Source: Eubacteriales bacterium (GTDB lineage Bacteria; Bacillota; Clostridia; Oscillospirales; UBA644). From it: 42,265 nt of DNA. The stretch is from positions 1-42,265 of the forward strand of contig JAZQQT010000154.1 of assembly GCA_045629205.1 (NCBI GenBank), given 5' to 3'. Position 1 is the first letter of the stretch. Each line of letters starts with the position of its first letter. The notes below the pieces were generated by a model. That model did no database searches. It was given only the letters and a program-made list of their open reading frames with translations, and was not told where the DNA came from. Below are positions 39,588-42,265 of this stretch, one piece after another. The position numbers and the translations under genes are program-made.

Positions 39588-40460
39588 ATGGCCATAAAAA
39601 AACAGTCTCTCGGTAAAGGCCTCGGCGCTTTATTTGAGGAAAATAATGTTGAGGTTGATGAAAAACAGGTTAAACTTATTCGAACCGCATTACTTGAACC
39701 GAACAAAAATCAGCCACGTAAGAATTTTAACAAAGAATCATTGTCCGAACTGTCCGAATCACTTAAGGAATACGGTATGCTTCAGCCGATTATCGCAAAA
39801 AAGATCGGCGAAGATTCATATAGAATAATATCGGGTGAAAGACGATGGAGAGCGGCAAGAATGGCCGGAATAACAGAAGTCCCGGTAATAGTCCGCGAAT
39901 CTGACGATATTGACACTCTTGAAATCGGACTTGTTGAAAATCTGCAAAGAGAAGATCTTAATCCGGCAGATGAAGCTATGGGCTACAAGACGCTTCGCGA
40001 TGAGTTCGGACTGACACAGGATGAAATCGCAAAAAAAGTCGGAAAATCCCGTCCTGCAGTGGCAAATTCGATGCGTCTTCTCGGTTTGTCGGAAAATGTG
40101 CTTAATGCGTTGGCGGAAGGAAATATTTCGGCAGGACATGCCCGTGCGTTTCTTCCTCTATGCGAAAAACTTTCCGAAAAGGATGTTTCGGCTATACTTC
40201 AAAAAACGATCGACGGCGAACTGACGGTTCGTGACCTAGAGAATATTTATAAAAGAGCAAGTGCCGATGTAAAACCCAAAAAGGTTTTACCGGAGAGAAT
40301 GTATTACGATCAGATAGAAAACGATCTTTCAAGACAGACAGGGAGAAAGATTAAAATCAAAGCAGGAAAGAAAAAAGGCAGAATCGAAATAGATTATTAT
40401 GATAAAAATGACTTTGAATCGTTGATAAATGCGTTGAAAAAGTCAGGAATGGAGAGATAA
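39588..40460 (+). CDS. parB: Chromosome partitioning protein ParB (Spo0J)
   Basis: Contains GKGLGALF, the CTP-binding/arginine patch ISGERRWRAARMAG, and the HTH region GLTQDEIAKKVGKSRPAVANSMRLL. I prefer the ATG at 39588; the TTG at 39585 is an alternative start. Confidence 0.95.
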   Translation: MAIKKQSLGKGLGALFEENNVEVDEKQVKLIRTALLEPNKNQPRKNFNKESLSELSESLKEYGMLQPIIAKKIGEDSYRIISGERRWRAARMAGITEVPVIVRESDDIDTLEIGLVENLQREDLNPADEAMGYKTLRDEFGLTQDEIAKKVGKSRPAVANSMRLLGLSENVLNALAEGNISAGHARAFLPLCEKLSEKDVSAILQKTIDGELTVRDLENIYKRASADVKPKKVLPERMYYDQIENDLSRQTGRKIKIKAGKKKGRIEIDYYDKNDFESLINALKKSGMER

Positions 40461-40461
40461 A

Positions 40462-41751
40462 ATGTTAGATATTAAGTTTTTAAGAGAAAATCCGGATATA
40501 GTAAAACAGAATATAAAAAACAAGTTTCAGGATTTTAAACTTCCGATGGTAGACGAGGTTATAGAACTCGATACCGAGCGTCGCAGACTTATTGCGGAGG
40601 TAGAAGATCTCCGCGGAAGTCGTAACAAGTATTCAAAGCAAATCGGTGCCCTCATGGCTCAGGGTAAAAAAGAGGAAGCCGAAGAAATGAAGAATAAAGT
40701 TACCGAGAATTCTCAGAAACTTGCAGAAGACGAATCAAAACAGGCAGAGATAGATGAAAGAATCAGAAAAATCATGTTGCTTATTCCGAATATTATCGAT
40801 CCGTCTGTTCCGATAGGAAAAGATGACAGCGAAAATGTCGAGATAGAAAAATTCGGCGAGCCGGTTGTTCCCGATTTTGAGATTCCGTATCATACCGATA
40901 TTATAGAAAGATTCAACGGTATTGATCTTGATTCTGCAAGACGTGTTGCCGGAAACGGGTTTTATTATCTTATGGGAAATATCGCCCGTCTGCATTCCGC
41001 TGTTCTTACCTATGCCAGAGATTTTATGATTGAAAGAGGCTTTACCTACTGTATCCCTCCGTATATGATTCACGGAAACGTTGTCGAAGGCGTTATGAGC
41101 CAGAACGATATGGATTCCATGATGTATAAGATCGAAGGCGAAGATCTTTATCTTATCGGAACCAGTGAACATTCCATGATAGGAAAATTTATCGATCAGA
41201 TAATTCCGGAGGAAGCTCTACCGTATACTCTTACCAGTTATTCACCCTGCTTCCGTAAAGAAAAAGGCGCGCATGGTATAGAAGAACGCGGCGTATACAG
41301 AATTCATCAGTTTGAAAAACAGGAAATGATAGTCGTATGCAAGCCTGAAGACAGCAAAATGTGGTATGATAAACTGTGGCAGAATACGGTTGATCTTTTC
41401 AGATCGATGGATATCCCGGTAAGAACACTTGAATGTTGTTCCGGCGACCTTGCCGATCTTAAAGTTAAGTCGTGTGACGTTGAAGCATGGTCCCCCAGAC
41501 AGAAGAAATATTTCGAAGTCGGGAGCTGCTCCAATCTCGGTGACGCGCAGGCACGTCGTCTGAAGATTCGTGTAAACGGTGCTGACGGTAAAAAGTATCT
41601 TGCTCATACTCTTAATAATACCGTCGTTGCGCCGCCGCGTATGCTTATTGCTTTCCTTGAGAATAATCTTAATGCCGACGGCTCAATCAATATTCCTCTC
41701 GTTCTTCGTCCTTACATGGGCGGTCTTGAGAAATTGATTCCCGTAAAATAA
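40462..41751 (+). CDS. serS: Serine--tRNA ligase
   Basis: 429-aa ORF with the N-terminal coiled-coil arm MLDIKFLRENPD..., and class II motifs (YLIGTSEHS, FRKE.G..G...RG.YRIHQFEKQEM, GSCSNLGDAQARRL). Starts 1 nt after the parB stop. Confidence 0.96.
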   Translation: MLDIKFLRENPDIVKQNIKNKFQDFKLPMVDEVIELDTERRRLIAEVEDLRGSRNKYSKQIGALMAQGKKEEAEEMKNKVTENSQKLAEDESKQAEIDERIRKIMLLIPNIIDPSVPIGKDDSENVEIEKFGEPVVPDFEIPYHTDIIERFNGIDLDSARRVAGNGFYYLMGNIARLHSAVLTYARDFMIERGFTYCIPPYMIHGNVVEGVMSQNDMDSMMYKIEGEDLYLIGTSEHSMIGKFIDQIIPEEALPYTLTSYSPCFRKEKGAHGIEERGVYRIHQFEKQEMIVVCKPEDSKMWYDKLWQNTVDLFRSMDIPVRTLECCSGDLADLKVKSCDVEAWSPRQKKYFEVGSCSNLGDAQARRLKIRVNGADGKKYLAHTLNNTVVAPPRMLIAFLENNLNADGSINIPLVLRPYMGGLEKLIPVK

Positions 41752-41899
41752 GAATAACCGACTGAAAAAAGTCCCTCGTTAAAAGCTACGGGTTGATAAG
41801 GAAGTATTTTGATTTTCAAATATGAGGATATTAACAAATTTGAATTTATCTATCTTTTTTCTAAATAGTAAGAATTAAATAATTTAACTGCCGGTTAAT

Positions 41900-41928
41900 T
41901 TGCTCTTTCCAAACAATACCTGTACAAT
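41900..41928 (+). promoter_or_regulatory. Putative promoter for the HTH gene (TTGCTC-17-TACAAT)
   Basis: -35 TTGCTC (41900-41905), a 17-nt spacer and -10 TACAAT (41923-41928). It is about 65 nt upstream of the ATG at 41995. Confidence 0.4.
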
Positions 41929-41994
41929 ATCCTAAAAAAGAATATAATGGTATCAGAAACAGACGTCAGTTTCAAAATAAACGGAGGTAAAGTT

Positions 41995-42265
41995 ATGGAA
42001 ATAACGATTGGAACCAATATTAAACGTCTTCGCTCTGATAAAGGCATTACGCAAGAGCAATTAGCTGAGGTTATGAATGTCACTTGTGCTGCAGTCAGCA
42101 AATGGGAAAGAAGCGAAACTTATCCGGATATTACAATGTTACAACCGCTCGCCTTCTACTTTGGCGTGTCTCTCGACGAGCTGATGGGTTATGATAAAAA
42201 GAGAGTCAACGAGGAAATTGAAAAAATCATTGCTGAATATTGGGAATGTATGCGAAATGATTGGG
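41995..42265 (+). CDS. XRE-family helix-turn-helix transcriptional regulator (5' partial, runs off window)
   Basis: Absent from the ORF track because no stop codon falls inside the window. GGAGG RBS at 41983-41987. My translation is MEITIGTNIKRLRSDKGITQEQLAEVMNVTCAAVSKWERSETYPDITMLQPLAFYFGVSLDELMGYD..., a classic Cro/C1-type HTH. Confidence 0.85.
   Translation, partial: MEITIGTNIKRLRSDKGITQEQLAEVMNVTCAAVSKWERSETYPDITMLQPLAFYFGVSLDELMGYDKKRVNEEIEKIIAEYWECMRNDW

Noticed and set aside
41752-41994. A 243-nt spacer after serS, examined for a terminator, tRNA, sRNA or small ORF.
   Set aside because: No stable GC-rich hairpin with a U-tract and no tRNA-like cloverleaf segments. Only a 15-codon ORF without an RBS. 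A weak 5-bp stem (gaaac...gtttc, 41956-41973) in the HTH gene leader is too short to call. Only a promoter candidate is retained.
41895-42101. A 68-aa minus-strand ORF at the right edge, a possible toxin-antitoxin partner of the HTH gene.
   Set aside because: It overlaps the HTH gene start and its promoter in antisense, and it lacks an RBS and any motif. The plus-strand XRE-type HTH reading is far better supported.

Overview
This window is the chromosomal replication-origin region of a low-GC Bacillota (Clostridia-like) genome, with standard code and TGA used as stop. The left arm (54-8065, all minus strand) is rpmH-rnpA-yidD-yidC-jag, then a terminator, then mnmE-mnmG-trmB-pfp. The origin has two parts. 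The rpmH/dnaA spacer (8066-8284) holds divergent near-consensus sigma-A promoters and an (AT)9 tract. The dnaA/dnaN spacer (9611-9845) holds a same-orientation cluster of degenerate DnaA boxes followed by CCCC, A-centred triplets and an AT-rich tract. The right arm (plus strand) is dnaA, dnaN-recF-remB-gyrB-gyrA-glyQS, then prfB-rsmA-GH20-like-FucI-like, ending in a bidirectional terminator at about 23.7 kb. A 14.8-kb, 13-gene minus-strand block follows (secA to murC, 23750-38553), with no intergenic gap over 18 nt. It is head-on to a fork leaving oriC. After it come parS-parA-parB-serS and the 5' end of an XRE-type HTH gene. By my coordinates only about 1.5 kb of 42.3 kb is non-coding. I found no rRNA or tRNA genes, CRISPR array, transposase or integrase, prophage genes, toxin-antitoxin pair or recognisable defence system, so I cannot support a claim that a novel multi-gene system is present. 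The items most worth a second look are these. (1) The acpP-position ACP homologue has Val in place of the phosphopantetheine-attachment Ser. (2) There are two perfect-consensus parS sites, one inside the rsmA coding sequence and one in the parA leader. (3) parAB is relocated away from mnmG. (4) An essential-gene superoperon is oriented head-on near the origin. (5) The origin uses non-canonical TTTTCAACA-type boxes, and an (AT)9 tract fills the dnaA promoter spacer. (6) prfB lacks the programmed frameshift. (7) glyQS and serS have no room for T-box leaders. (8) Jag/KhpB carries an RGG-rich tail.
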